Source: Candidatus Nanopelagicales bacterium (lineage in GTDB: Bacteria; Actinomycetota; Actinomycetes; S36-B12). Taken from it: DNA of 64,000 nt. The stretch is from positions 8,640-72,639 of the forward strand of contig JBILOY010000008.1 of assembly GCA_044374195.1 (NCBI GenBank). The letters are read 5' to 3'. The translations under genes were made by a program, and so were the position numbers. Position 1 is the stretch's first letter, and each line of letters begins with the position of its first letter. Shown piece after piece: positions 34,577 through 43,650 of the stretch. The notes beneath the pieces were generated by a model that was given only the letters and a program-made list of their open reading frames with translations, was not told the origin of the DNA and did no database searches.

Positions 34577-34585
34577 TGAGTAACT
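34577..34585 (+). promoter_or_regulatory. AT-rich motif copy TGAGTAACT, 31-39 nt upstream of the fadE GTG
   Basis: Identical to the minus-strand reading of the accD5-proximal site (TGAGTAACT, + coordinates 30184-30192). Confidence 0.3.
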
Positions 34586-34615
34586 GTGGTGTCTGACAAG
34601 TTTTTGAGGAGCATT

Positions 34616-35791
34616 GTGGGCCTGGCCGTCAATCCGGACTTCAACTTTTTCGCCCTGCCGGAAGAGCATCAGGCCCTGCGTGAGGCGGTGGCGCAATTCG
34701 CTGACGAGAAGGTGGCACCTCGTGCCGCTGAGATCGACGAGACCGGGATCTTCCCGCGCGATGTGTACGACGCCCTCGTGGCCGCTGACTTCCATGCAAT
34801 TCACATCCCCGAGCAGTTCGGCGGTCAAGGTGGCGACGCGCTGGCGGCCTGCCTGGTGATCGAGGAACTGTCACGGGTGTGCGCATCGACCAGCCTCATC
34901 CCCGCAGTCAACAAGCTCGGCACATTGCCGCTGATGATCGCCGGCGATGACGACCTCCTCCAGCGTTACTTGCCTCTGGTCGCCTCGGGCGAGGCGATGG
35001 TTTCGTACGCACTCAGTGAGCGCGAGGCAGGAAGTGATGCGGCCTCGATGACAACCCGTGCCGTGGCCGATGGTGATGCGTGGGTACTCAATGGTCAAAA
35101 GAGCTGGATCAGCAACGCCGGTGAGTCGTCGTATTACACCGTCATGGCCGTCACAGACCCGTCGGCTGGCGCGCGCGGAATCTCGGCATTCGTCGTGCAC
35201 GGAGATGACGAGGGATTCTCACTCGGTACGCCCGAGCGCAAGCTCGGCATCCACGGGTCGCCGACTCGCGAGATCTTGTTCGACAACTGCCGGATTCCCG
35301 CCAACCGCATCGTCGGTGAGCCCGGTACCGGCTTCAAAACTGCGATGAGCACGCTCGATCACACTCGCATCACGATCGGGGCCCAGGCACTGGGCATCGC
35401 GCAGGGCGCACTCAACGTCGCCCTGGCCTACGCCAAGGATCGCCAGCAGTTCGGTAAGTCCATCTCCTCATTCCAGGCGATCCAGTTCATGCTCGCCGAC
35501 ATGGCCATGAAGATCGAAGCAGCGCGTCAGTTGGTCTACGCAGCAGCGGCCAAGAGTGAGCGTGGGGATGCCGACCTGACCTTCTTCGGCGCAGCAGCCA
35601 AGTGCTTCGCCTCTGACGTCGCGATGGAGGTCACGACCGACGCCGTTCAGGTGCTGGGCGGTGCGGGCTACACCCGTGATTGGCCCGTTGAGCGATACAT
35701 GCGTGATGCCAAGATCACCCAGATCTACGAGGGCACCAATCAGGTCCAACGAATCGTCATGGCGAAGCAGTTGCTGTCCCGCATGAACTAA
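34616..35791 (+). CDS. fadE: Acyl-CoA dehydrogenase (FadE25-like)
   Basis: VGLAVNPDFNFFALPEEH... aligns from memory with the mycobacterial FadE25 N-terminus. GAGGAG lies 4-5 nt upstream of the GTG at 34616; the ORF opens at 34586 without an SD. Confidence 0.9.
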   Translation: MGLAVNPDFNFFALPEEHQALREAVAQFADEKVAPRAAEIDETGIFPRDVYDALVAADFHAIHIPEQFGGQGGDALAACLVIEELSRVCASTSLIPAVNKLGTLPLMIAGDDDLLQRYLPLVASGEAMVSYALSEREAGSDAASMTTRAVADGDAWVLNGQKSWISNAGESSYYTVMAVTDPSAGARGISAFVVHGDDEGFSLGTPERKLGIHGSPTREILFDNCRIPANRIVGEPGTGFKTAMSTLDHTRITIGAQALGIAQGALNVALAYAKDRQQFGKSISSFQAIQFMLADMAMKIEAARQLVYAAAAKSERGDADLTFFGAAAKCFASDVAMEVTTDAVQVLGGAGYTRDWPVERYMRDAKITQIYEGTNQVQRIVMAKQLLSRMN

Positions 35792-35814
35792 GGCGCCGCC
35801 GTTACAGTGAACCC

Positions 35815-37281
35815 GTGACTGCGCACCCGGCGACACTGCCTGCTTGGCCGGCCGGTGTTCGGGTCAAGCCCAAGCCCACCCACTGGCGTGTGGATGCCCC
35901 GGGGGTGCACGCACTCCAAGAATCCACGGCCCTCGCCGCAGGGCTCGCTCACGTGGGCGCGCTGGAAGTTCGGGTCGGTACCTGGAAACCGCCGAAGGGC
36001 TGGACAGGCTCTCCGAAGCTCGCCGAAGTCGCGTCATTCGATCTGAAGGCCAAGGGTGACGGGGTCAGGCTGCGGCTGCGCTTCTCCCCGGCTGTCGATG
36101 CCTCCGTCGCGCTCGCATCAGCCGTGCGCATCCTGCGGCCGACCTTGTCGATGAACCACTATCCGAGCGTGGCCGTCGGGAATTCGCCCAGCGCCCGCAT
36201 GGCTGCACTCGCCGGATGCATCAATGCCGCCCCTGGTCGCGACGCCGATCTAGTGATTGAACAGGCTGACTGGGATGTTGATCCGACAATTCACCGCCCG
36301 GTCGGACGACGTTCCGATGTGCCCGCACGAGTGATTCCCCTCCCGGCATTGGGTGCAGAGCTCACAGCGGTGGATGTCGCGGCGCTTCGCACTACTAGTG
36401 GAGTCGTGGCGCCCGAGCTCGACTCACGACTGCGCCATCAGCTCGAGGCTTGCGGTCTCGTGGTGCGGAACTCGGCGGACGACTTTCCGGCGGCCGAGGA
36501 TCTTCTCGGTTGGCAGGTGGAATCCGTTCGTGCTCGTCGTCATGTTCTGCGAGCGCAGACTCCTGCAGCCCTGCTCAACGACTGGCCGTCGGTCTCCGCG
36601 GTACTACTGACTCACCGCAGTGACTTTCTCGAGCATGCAATGCGCCAGCTCGCCGGTCTCAGATATCCGCGACTGGAGATCGTGCTGGCGCTTCATGGCG
36701 ATCAGGTGAGCGATGAGCAGGTATCTCGCGCAATCGCCGGGCATCCCCACGCCGTGCGCGTGATCCGGATCGGCGCTGACGTGATCTTCGGAACCGCGAT
36801 GCAGCAGGCGTGCGAATTCGCCGACGGTCAGCTCATCACCAAGGTCGACGATGACGACTTCTACGGGCCCGAGCACGTGTGGGATCTCGTGGTGGCGCGC
36901 ATGTATTCCGCCGCGCAGGTCACAGGCAAGGCTCTCGACTTCATTCGCATCGAATCCGCTGACATCACGGTGTTTCGCCCGGCCTACGGCGCCGAGAAGT
37001 TCGCCGATTTCGTGGCGGGCGGCACCATGCTGATCTCGCGCGCCGATCTCGATGAGATCGGTGGCTGGCGGCCCATGGACAAACACATCGATCGAGGCCT
37101 GCTCGATGCCTTCCTGGAAGCCGGAGCACTCGTGTATCGCACCACCGGCCTTGGATACATCTACGTGCGACGTGGAGCCGGCCACACGGCAATCGTCAGT
37201 GACGACCATTTCCTGACCAAGAACGCCTTCTCATGGCCTGGACTGCTTGCGCACCCAGAGTTCGGCACGGCCCATGAGTAG
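35815..37281 (+). CDS. Two-domain protein: unknown N-terminal half plus GT-A (GT2-like) glycosyltransferase C-terminal half
   Basis: VSAVLLTHRSDF...RYPRLEIVLALHG...KVDDDDFYGPEHVWDL (a DxD-type motif). Confidence 0.6.
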   Translation: MTAHPATLPAWPAGVRVKPKPTHWRVDAPGVHALQESTALAAGLAHVGALEVRVGTWKPPKGWTGSPKLAEVASFDLKAKGDGVRLRLRFSPAVDASVALASAVRILRPTLSMNHYPSVAVGNSPSARMAALAGCINAAPGRDADLVIEQADWDVDPTIHRPVGRRSDVPARVIPLPALGAELTAVDVAALRTTSGVVAPELDSRLRHQLEACGLVVRNSADDFPAAEDLLGWQVESVRARRHVLRAQTPAALLNDWPSVSAVLLTHRSDFLEHAMRQLAGLRYPRLEIVLALHGDQVSDEQVSRAIAGHPHAVRVIRIGADVIFGTAMQQACEFADGQLITKVDDDDFYGPEHVWDLVVARMYSAAQVTGKALDFIRIESADITVFRPAYGAEKFADFVAGGTMLISRADLDEIGGWRPMDKHIDRGLLDAFLEAGALVYRTTGLGYIYVRRGAGHTAIVSDDHFLTKNAFSWPGLLAHPEFGTAHE

Positions 37282-38278
37282 TGCGCCCGCGGTCAGCGTG
37301 ATCATGCCGGTGATTAACGAAGAGCAGCATCTGGCCGATTCAGTGAACCGGATCCTGGCGCAGGAATACGCCGGATCCATCAACGTCGTGATCGCCGTCG
37401 GGCCGTCGAAGGATCGCACCCGTGCCGTCGCCGACGAATTGCAGCGCTCGAGTGATCGGGTCATCGTTGTTGACAATCCTTCGGGTCGCACTCCTGCCGG
37501 TCTCAATGCGGCTATCGCGGCCGCAACGGGCGAGGTGATCGTTCGAGTCGATGGGCATGCGATGATCCCGCCCGATTACGTAGCGATTGCTGTCGAGACT
37601 CTTGAGCGCACTGGCGCCGACAATGTCGGCGGAATCATGGCCGCGGAAGGGGTCACGGACTTCGGGGTCGCGGTTGCGCGTGCGATGACCTCCAGATTCG
37701 GCGTCGGGGGCGCGTCCTTCCACGTCGGTGGCGACGAAGGCCCCGCACTGACCGTGTACCTCGGAACGTTTAGGCGCAGCGCACTCGATCGAGTCGGCGG
37801 CTACGACGAGACCATGGTGCGGGCGCAGGACTGGGAGATGAATCTGCGCATCCGTGAGACCGGCGGCCTCATCTGGTTCACCCCCGCGATGCACGTGACA
37901 TACCGGCCGCGAGCAACCGTGGGAGCACTCGCGCGGCAGTATCACGACTACGGACGCTGGCGCCGCGAGGTTGTGCGTCGTCACCCCGACACCCTTTCCC
38001 TGCGTTACCTGGCAGCACCCGTGGCTGTCGCAGCAATCGTGATCGGGCTGCTGCTCGTTGTGCTGGGCGTTGTCACCGGACAGGACTGGCTCTGGGTGAT
38101 CGGCCTGATCGCCCCTCTGGGCTACCTAGCTGCAAATCTGCTCGCCAGCCTGATCAGTGCAATGAGTGCGCCGCGTCTTCAGCTGCGCTCGGCCCTGTGG
38201 CTGCCGGTCGTGTACGGCACGATGCATCTGTGCTGGGGCGCGGGCTTCCTACGTGGTGGCGCGGGACGTGACGCCTGA
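37274..38278 (+). CDS. Family 2 glycosyltransferase with C-terminal TM segments
   Basis: VSVIMPVINEEQHL...VDNPSGRTPAGLN...VRVDGH. Its ATG overlaps the upstream stop codon (ATGAGTAG). Confidence 0.8.
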   Translation: MSSAPAVSVIMPVINEEQHLADSVNRILAQEYAGSINVVIAVGPSKDRTRAVADELQRSSDRVIVVDNPSGRTPAGLNAAIAAATGEVIVRVDGHAMIPPDYVAIAVETLERTGADNVGGIMAAEGVTDFGVAVARAMTSRFGVGGASFHVGGDEGPALTVYLGTFRRSALDRVGGYDETMVRAQDWEMNLRIRETGGLIWFTPAMHVTYRPRATVGALARQYHDYGRWRREVVRRHPDTLSLRYLAAPVAVAAIVIGLLLVVLGVVTGQDWLWVIGLIAPLGYLAANLLASLISAMSAPRLQLRSALWLPVVYGTMHLCWGAGFLRGGAGRDA

Positions 38279-39195
38279 TGGCGTGGCTACGACGCCGGAG
38301 ACCGATGCGGTGGGCAGTTGTCGTCGCATCGCCAAGCGGGGCTGACGGAGAGCAGTGGGGCGATACCTGGTTCGGGCGCGATCTCGTCGATGCGCTCAAA
38401 CGACAAGGCCAGGCGGCTTCCCTCGTCTATCGCGGTGGTGCGAGCACCGAGGCGCGCGACAAGGACGATGTCGTTCTCGTATTGCGCGGGCTGCGCCGAG
38501 TCACTCCGCGTCGTGCCGGCAACACCTGGTTGCTCTGGGTCATTTCACACCCCGAGCTCGTCGACGATGGGGAGATTGCCGAGTACGACGCCGCATTCGC
38601 CGCGAGTTCAACCTGGAAGTCGGGCTCGGTGTCTCCGCTGCTCCAGGCGACGAATCCGCAGCGCTTCATGCCGAGTGCTGCAGGGCCTGACACGGGGGAG
38701 CCCTACCTGTTCGTGGGCTCCACGCGAGGCGAGTACCGGCCGATAGTTCGCGACGCGATCTCCGCCGGTATCCCGCTCGGTGTGTATGGGGTGGGCTGGA
38801 GTGAGTTCATTCCCGCAGAATTCATTCGCGGTGAGTTCATGCCCAATGGCGAATTGCCCGGCGCCTACGCCGGTGCAGGTGTCGTGCTGAATGACCATTG
38901 GCGAGAGATGGCCGATGACGGCTTCCTCTCCAATCGCCTGTTCGACGCGGTGGCAAGCGGTGCGCGGGTGATCAGCGATCAAGCAGCCGGCCTCACTGAA
39001 GTGTTCGGTGATGCCGTAGTCACGTACTCGTCCCCCGAACAGCTCGGTGAGATCCTGAAGGCGCCCCTCGAGACCGTGTTCGCTGAACGATCACGACGCA
39101 TCGAAAATTCCGCACGCATCGCTGCCGAACACAGTTTCGACGTCAGGGCTGCTGAGCTCATCGAGGCCGCAGAGCGGATCCGAGGTTCTGAGTGA
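38278..39195 (+). CDS. Putative glycosyltransferase (GT-B / CgeB-like C-terminal fold)
   Basis: ...FVGSTRGEYRPIV...YGVGW...SNRLFDAVASGARVISD resembles the C-terminal halves of GT1/CgeB-like enzymes. This is a weak, by-eye assignment. Confidence 0.45.
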   Translation: MAWLRRRRPMRWAVVVASPSGADGEQWGDTWFGRDLVDALKRQGQAASLVYRGGASTEARDKDDVVLVLRGLRRVTPRRAGNTWLLWVISHPELVDDGEIAEYDAAFAASSTWKSGSVSPLLQATNPQRFMPSAAGPDTGEPYLFVGSTRGEYRPIVRDAISAGIPLGVYGVGWSEFIPAEFIRGEFMPNGELPGAYAGAGVVLNDHWREMADDGFLSNRLFDAVASGARVISDQAAGLTEVFGDAVVTYSSPEQLGEILKAPLETVFAERSRRIENSARIAAEHSFDVRAAELIEAAERIRGSE

Positions 39196-41951
39196 GCGGC
39201 TCTGCGCCTGATGTCACGGTCATCATGGCGGTGCACAACGATGTGCCCCGTCTGCCCAGGGCACTGCGCTCGCTCTCCCGCCAGACACTTGCCTCGATTG
39301 AGTTCGTCATCGTCGATGACGCATCGACCGATGGCTCGTACGAATTCGCACTTCGCGTAGCGGAGCAGGATCCGCGATTTCGTGTGTATCGAATGGATCG
39401 CAACTCCGGCGGATTTGCGGCGCCGCGCAATCGTGGATTAGTCGAGGCTCGTGGCGGATGGGTGCTGTTCTGCGACAGCGATGACGAACTCGAGATTCAT
39501 GCAGCCAAGAATTTGCTACTCGCGGCCGAGCGGCACGGTGCAGATCTCAGTGCCGGCGTCACCGAATTGGTCGAGCAGCGGTCGGGGAAGCGTCAGCGTG
39601 TGCAGGAATGGGCCCATCTGGCCGGGGGTGCTTCGTCGATCGCGGAGAGCACCGCACTTTTCTCCGAGGCTACGACTCACGGCCGCCTGTACCGCCGCGA
39701 GCGGCTGCAGCAGCTGAACCTGACCTTCGATCCCGCCCTGGTGGCCGCTGATTTCCTCTTCGCCTCGGCTGCCTTGCTTGGCTCTGAAGGCATCGCGCTG
39801 GTGCCCGAGACCGTGTATCTGCGGCACGTGGATCGTCTAGGCGAGGAGCTCACGTCAGGTCGAAGGCGCTGGTTGATCCGACATCTCGGCGATCGACTCG
39901 AGGCTCTCCGCCGTATCGACGCGCTCATCGCAGCTCGGCCCGATGACCGGCGTCGATATGCCGCGACTCTTCGCTTCCTGAACGAGGATCTTGCCGGCTA
40001 CCTCACGGTGATCCTGGACTCTGATGACGCCTCGGCCATTCTCGTGGCAGATCAATTGCGCGAATACCTGCGTGACATGAACCTTGAGCCGGCTGCAGAG
40101 CTTGCCCCGTTCTTGCGCGTGGCGCTGTATCACCTGTTGATCGACGATCTCGACGGCATCCGGCGGGCGACGCGGTTTATTCGGTGGGCGGCGAGCGTTG
40201 ATGGCACCGTGCACATGCGTGACGGGCGCGAGCTGTGGGTGTGCACGGATGACCATCCGCTCGGCGATGTCGCAGGACACGAAGCTGATTGGTGGCTCGA
40301 CGTCACGCGGCAGGGCCTGTCACGCATCCCGCTTACCCAGCGGCGCTACTGCCATCAACTGACCTCAGTAATCGATGATCGACTTCACGGCTCCACGTCG
40401 GATTTCCTCGACTCGCTCTCGGATATCACCGCAGCACGGGCAGTCGTCCTTGATGAAGGCCGAGTAGTTGCTGCCGCGCCTGTCGAGTTCGAACACGTGA
40501 CTCCTGTGCACTGGGAGTGGTCAACAACCCAAAGACTCAAGCCCATCGGAAGCCTTGAACTTGGCGACCGGGGATTTTTGGGGCTTGAACTCACCTTCTC
40601 TGACCGCGTGAATACCTCTGTGGTGCGTGCATCGGAGGTACGTGCCGGAACCACGATGTCTATACGCGTCTCCGCACTTCGCCGAGAGGGTCTTCACCTC
40701 GAGGCGCGGGGCCAGGGCATCGTGGGCTGGCGTCTCATCCGTCGATCGGTGCTGGGCCTTGCTGCGGCGGGCCTGCGCAAGGGTTGGTTCGCTCTTCCCG
40801 GAACCCGGGCACTCGCGTCGCGCTGGCAGCGGTTCACTCACATCACGCTTCCGAAGATCGCGCGAAGGCTGGGGGAGTACCTACCCGACCGTCGAGCATT
40901 CGTGATCTCCAGCGATCACGGCCGTCAGCTCACCGGGCATCCGAGAGCAATGGCCGACTACCTGCATGTCGAGGTGCCCCATGCGCGTGTGCGCTGGCTC
41001 GGATCCGCCGCCGCAGTCACCGGCCTCGACTGGCTGACTCTCGTTGACCCGAGCACTATCCGAGGGGCCTGGCGTATTGCGAGAGCCGGGTACTGGATCG
41101 ACGACTTCGGCATCGACACGAGCATTCGCAAGAGTCGACGGACGAAGTACCTGCAGACCTGGCACGGCATCGCGTTGAAACGAGTCGGCTCTGATGCGCC
41201 GGACTGGCCGCTGCTTTCCCCTCGGGTGCGTTTGCCGCGACCGACGAACAGGGATCGCTGGGATGCGCTTATTGCTCCGTCGGAGTTCTTCGCGCAGACA
41301 ACAGCGCGTGCAATCGGATTCACCGGCCCGCTCATCGAGAACTGCTCACCCCTGGGTGACGCAATCATGCGATCCAGCACGGATCGAGATGTGCGTCATA
41401 AGCTCGACCTTCCGCTTGATCGGCCGGTAGTCGTGTACTCGCCCACGGCTCGGGCGACTGACGAGGCGCATCTTGACCTTGCCGCCTGGTGGCGTGACTT
41501 CGGGAACTCGGCGTACCTGCTGGTGCGCTCGCATCCCGCAGATCCCTTGGTCGTCCCCGCCCGATGGTCTAACGGAATTCGAGATATCTCGGCCGAGGGT
41601 GACATTGCCTCGTATCTGGGAGCGGCCGATGCCTTGCTGACCGACTACTCGGCTGTCGCCTTCGACTTTGCTCGGCTCGGTCGTCCGATCGGATTCTTCG
41701 TGCCCGATTACGAGAGATTCACCCGGCGCTCCGTGGGTCTCTACCTCGATCTTGCGACGAGCGGTCCTGGCCCACTTCTGCGCAATGCCGATGAGCTCGC
41801 GGTGTGGGTGCAGGCCTTGATCGAGGCGACCCCGACCGGGGGCTTCGATACCGATCCGGTCGGACACCGTGACTTCGTCTCGATGTTCGCCGGCGAACTG
41901 GATGGAACGAGTGCGCACCGCGCCGTTGAACACCTGCGAGGAATGCGATGA
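39192..41951 (+). CDS. Fusion protein: N-terminal GT2 glycosyltransferase plus C-terminal CDP-glycerol glycerophosphotransferase (TagF/TagB-like)
   Basis: VTVIMAVHNDVPRL...VIVDDASTDGS at the N-terminus and YLQTWHGIALKRVG...YSPTAR...LLTDYSAVAFDF at the C-terminus. GTGA overlap with the upstream gene. Confidence 0.8.
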   Translation: MSGSAPDVTVIMAVHNDVPRLPRALRSLSRQTLASIEFVIVDDASTDGSYEFALRVAEQDPRFRVYRMDRNSGGFAAPRNRGLVEARGGWVLFCDSDDELEIHAAKNLLLAAERHGADLSAGVTELVEQRSGKRQRVQEWAHLAGGASSIAESTALFSEATTHGRLYRRERLQQLNLTFDPALVAADFLFASAALLGSEGIALVPETVYLRHVDRLGEELTSGRRRWLIRHLGDRLEALRRIDALIAARPDDRRRYAATLRFLNEDLAGYLTVILDSDDASAILVADQLREYLRDMNLEPAAELAPFLRVALYHLLIDDLDGIRRATRFIRWAASVDGTVHMRDGRELWVCTDDHPLGDVAGHEADWWLDVTRQGLSRIPLTQRRYCHQLTSVIDDRLHGSTSDFLDSLSDITAARAVVLDEGRVVAAAPVEFEHVTPVHWEWSTTQRLKPIGSLELGDRGFLGLELTFSDRVNTSVVRASEVRAGTTMSIRVSALRREGLHLEARGQGIVGWRLIRRSVLGLAAAGLRKGWFALPGTRALASRWQRFTHITLPKIARRLGEYLPDRRAFVISSDHGRQLTGHPRAMADYLHVEVPHARVRWLGSAAAVTGLDWLTLVDPSTIRGAWRIARAGYWIDDFGIDTSIRKSRRTKYLQTWHGIALKRVGSDAPDWPLLSPRVRLPRPTNRDRWDALIAPSEFFAQTTARAIGFTGPLIENCSPLGDAIMRSSTDRDVRHKLDLPLDRPVVVYSPTARATDEAHLDLAAWWRDFGNSAYLLVRSHPADPLVVPARWSNGIRDISAEGDIASYLGAADALLTDYSAVAFDFARLGRPIGFFVPDYERFTRRSVGLYLDLATSGPGPLLRNADELAVWVQALIEATPTGGFDTDPVGHRDFVSMFAGELDGTSAHRAVEHLRGMR

Positions 41952-43069
41952 GGCATTCCATGGGGCCTGCGGTGGGGCACCGGATCGTCATACTCGCCAA
42001 CGACATCGACGGTGTCGGTGGAGCGCAGCGTGTCGCGCACTCTCTCGCCAACGGACTGGCACTTCGAGGCTTCGACGTTGAACTTGCCGGCATAGTGCCC
42101 TTCGAGCCCCGTCATACGTTCATCACCGAGCCGGCTTACCGAACTCGTGTTCTAGGTGACCGTCCGCAGCCCGTGCGCGAGGATGAGGCGGGGCGCCAGC
42201 GTCTGCGCGAGCTGTGCTGCGCACGACTCGACGAACTCCTTCGCGAAGGCCCACCCGGCATCGTGATCACCACGCAGGTGTGGGCGATGGAGCATCTTGC
42301 CGAGATCGATCATCGCGACTGGCGTGTGATCGGGCAGTACCACTCATCCTTTGAAGCGGCTGCGAGCGGTCCGGAGCTCGACCGACTTCGGTCTGCTTAT
42401 GCCGACATAGATGCTTTCGCTCTGCTGACCGACGAGGATGCCCAGCGCTTCAGGCAGGCGGGGCTCAACAACACCTGCGCGATTCCGAATGCAGTGAGTT
42501 TCTTCCCCGATCGCCCGGCCGCTCTCGCGACCAACACGCTCACGTACCTGGGGCGACTCTCGGTCGAGAAGGGCCCGCAGTTCCTGGTTGAGGCATGGGG
42601 TCGCATCGCTGCGTCTCATCCGGACTGGTCACTGCAATTCGTGGGCGATGGCCCTGATGAGCCCACTGTTCGCGCCATGGTCGATCGCCTGCCCGAGGGT
42701 GCGGAGCGCATTTCCTTCCACGCTCCTGTCGCCGATCCCGAGCGGCTTCTTCTGGGGAGTGATCTCGTGGTGCTGCCGTCCCTGGTCGAGGGATTCCCCT
42801 TGGTGCTTGCCGAGGCCATGGCCTGTGGCGTGCCCGTAGTTGCCACCGATTGCTCGGCGGGTGTTCGTGCACTGCTCAAGGAGGGCGTAACCGGACTCCT
42901 GGCTGCTCGCGGCGATTCCGGCTCACTCAGCCGAGCGTTGAGCACTGCTATGGAATCCCGCGAGCTTCGAGTAAAGCTTGGATCAGGCGGGCGCATGGCC
43001 GCCCGGGAACTGCTTCCCGATCAGATTCTGGGCCGCTGGGAAGCGCTGTTCAGCGACGTCCTGCGCTAA
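41948..43069 (+). CDS. GT4-family (GT-B) glycosyltransferase
   Basis: IVILANDIDGVGGAQRV... and the C-terminal E-x7-E region PSLVEGFPLVLAEAMACGVPVVATD. ATGA overlap with the upstream gene. Confidence 0.8.
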   Translation: MRHSMGPAVGHRIVILANDIDGVGGAQRVAHSLANGLALRGFDVELAGIVPFEPRHTFITEPAYRTRVLGDRPQPVREDEAGRQRLRELCCARLDELLREGPPGIVITTQVWAMEHLAEIDHRDWRVIGQYHSSFEAAASGPELDRLRSAYADIDAFALLTDEDAQRFRQAGLNNTCAIPNAVSFFPDRPAALATNTLTYLGRLSVEKGPQFLVEAWGRIAASHPDWSLQFVGDGPDEPTVRAMVDRLPEGAERISFHAPVADPERLLLGSDLVVLPSLVEGFPLVLAEAMACGVPVVATDCSAGVRALLKEGVTGLLAARGDSGSLSRALSTAMESRELRVKLGSGGRMAARELLPDQILGRWEALFSDVLR

Positions 43070-43070
43070 G

Positions 43071-43152
43071 TACGGGAGAAGGGACTTGAACCCTCACGTC
43101 CGAAGACACAGGATCCTAAATCCTGCGTGTCTGCCAATTCCACCACTCCCGC
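43071..43152 (-). tRNA. tRNA-Leu (anticodon TAG), 82 nt with long variable arm
   Basis: Hand-folded cloverleaf: acceptor GCGGGAG/CTCCCGT, anticodon stem CAGGA/TCCTG with loop TTTAGGA, T-loop TTCAAGT. Confidence 0.9.
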
Positions 43153-43188
43153 GTGATTACAGAAGTCTACGACAGGTCTAGCTGCGGG

Positions 43189-43650
43189 CTAGATCTCCAG
43201 GTCGCGCATGAGCTTGGCGACGTGGCCGGTGGCCTTGACGTTGTAGAACGCGTGCTCGATCTTGCCCGTGGGGTCAATGACGAAAGTCGAGCGGATCACG
43301 CCCGTAACAGTCTTGCCGTACATCATCTTCTCGCCGAAGGCCCCGTAGGAGGCGAGTACTGACTTGTCAGGATCGCTGAGGAGGGTGAAGGTCAGATCGT
43401 CGTTCTCACGGAACTTGGCGAGCTTCTCGGGCTTGTCAGGCGAGATGCCGATGATGGCGAGGTCGTGCTTGGCGAATGCCTTGAGGTTGTCGCGGAAGTC
43501 GCAGGCCTGCTTGGTGCAGCCCGGGGTCATCGCAGCAGGGTAGGCATACAGCAGCACGCTCGTGCCCTTGAAGTCGGAGAGTTTCACGGTCTTGCCCGCA
43601 TCGTCGAGGAGTGCGAAGGCAGGGGCCTTGTCGCCGGGTTCGAGTCTCAT
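43189..43650 (-). CDS. bcp: Thiol peroxidase Bcp (peroxiredoxin)
   Basis: LYAYPAAMTPGCTKQACDFRD is a peroxiredoxin active-site motif. Length is 153 aa. Confidence 0.85.
   Translation of the reverse strand: MRLEPGDKAPAFALLDDAGKTVKLSDFKGTSVLLYAYPAAMTPGCTKQACDFRDNLKAFAKHDLAIIGISPDKPEKLAKFRENDDLTFTLLSDPDKSVLASYGAFGEKMMYGKTVTGVIRSTFVIDPTGKIEHAFYNVKATGHVAKLMRDLEI

Noticed and set aside
43177-43193. Hairpin tctagc-tgcgg-gctaga at the bcp stop codon
   Set aside because: It has only a 6-bp stem, includes the stop codon itself, and has no U-tract. That is too weak to call a terminator.
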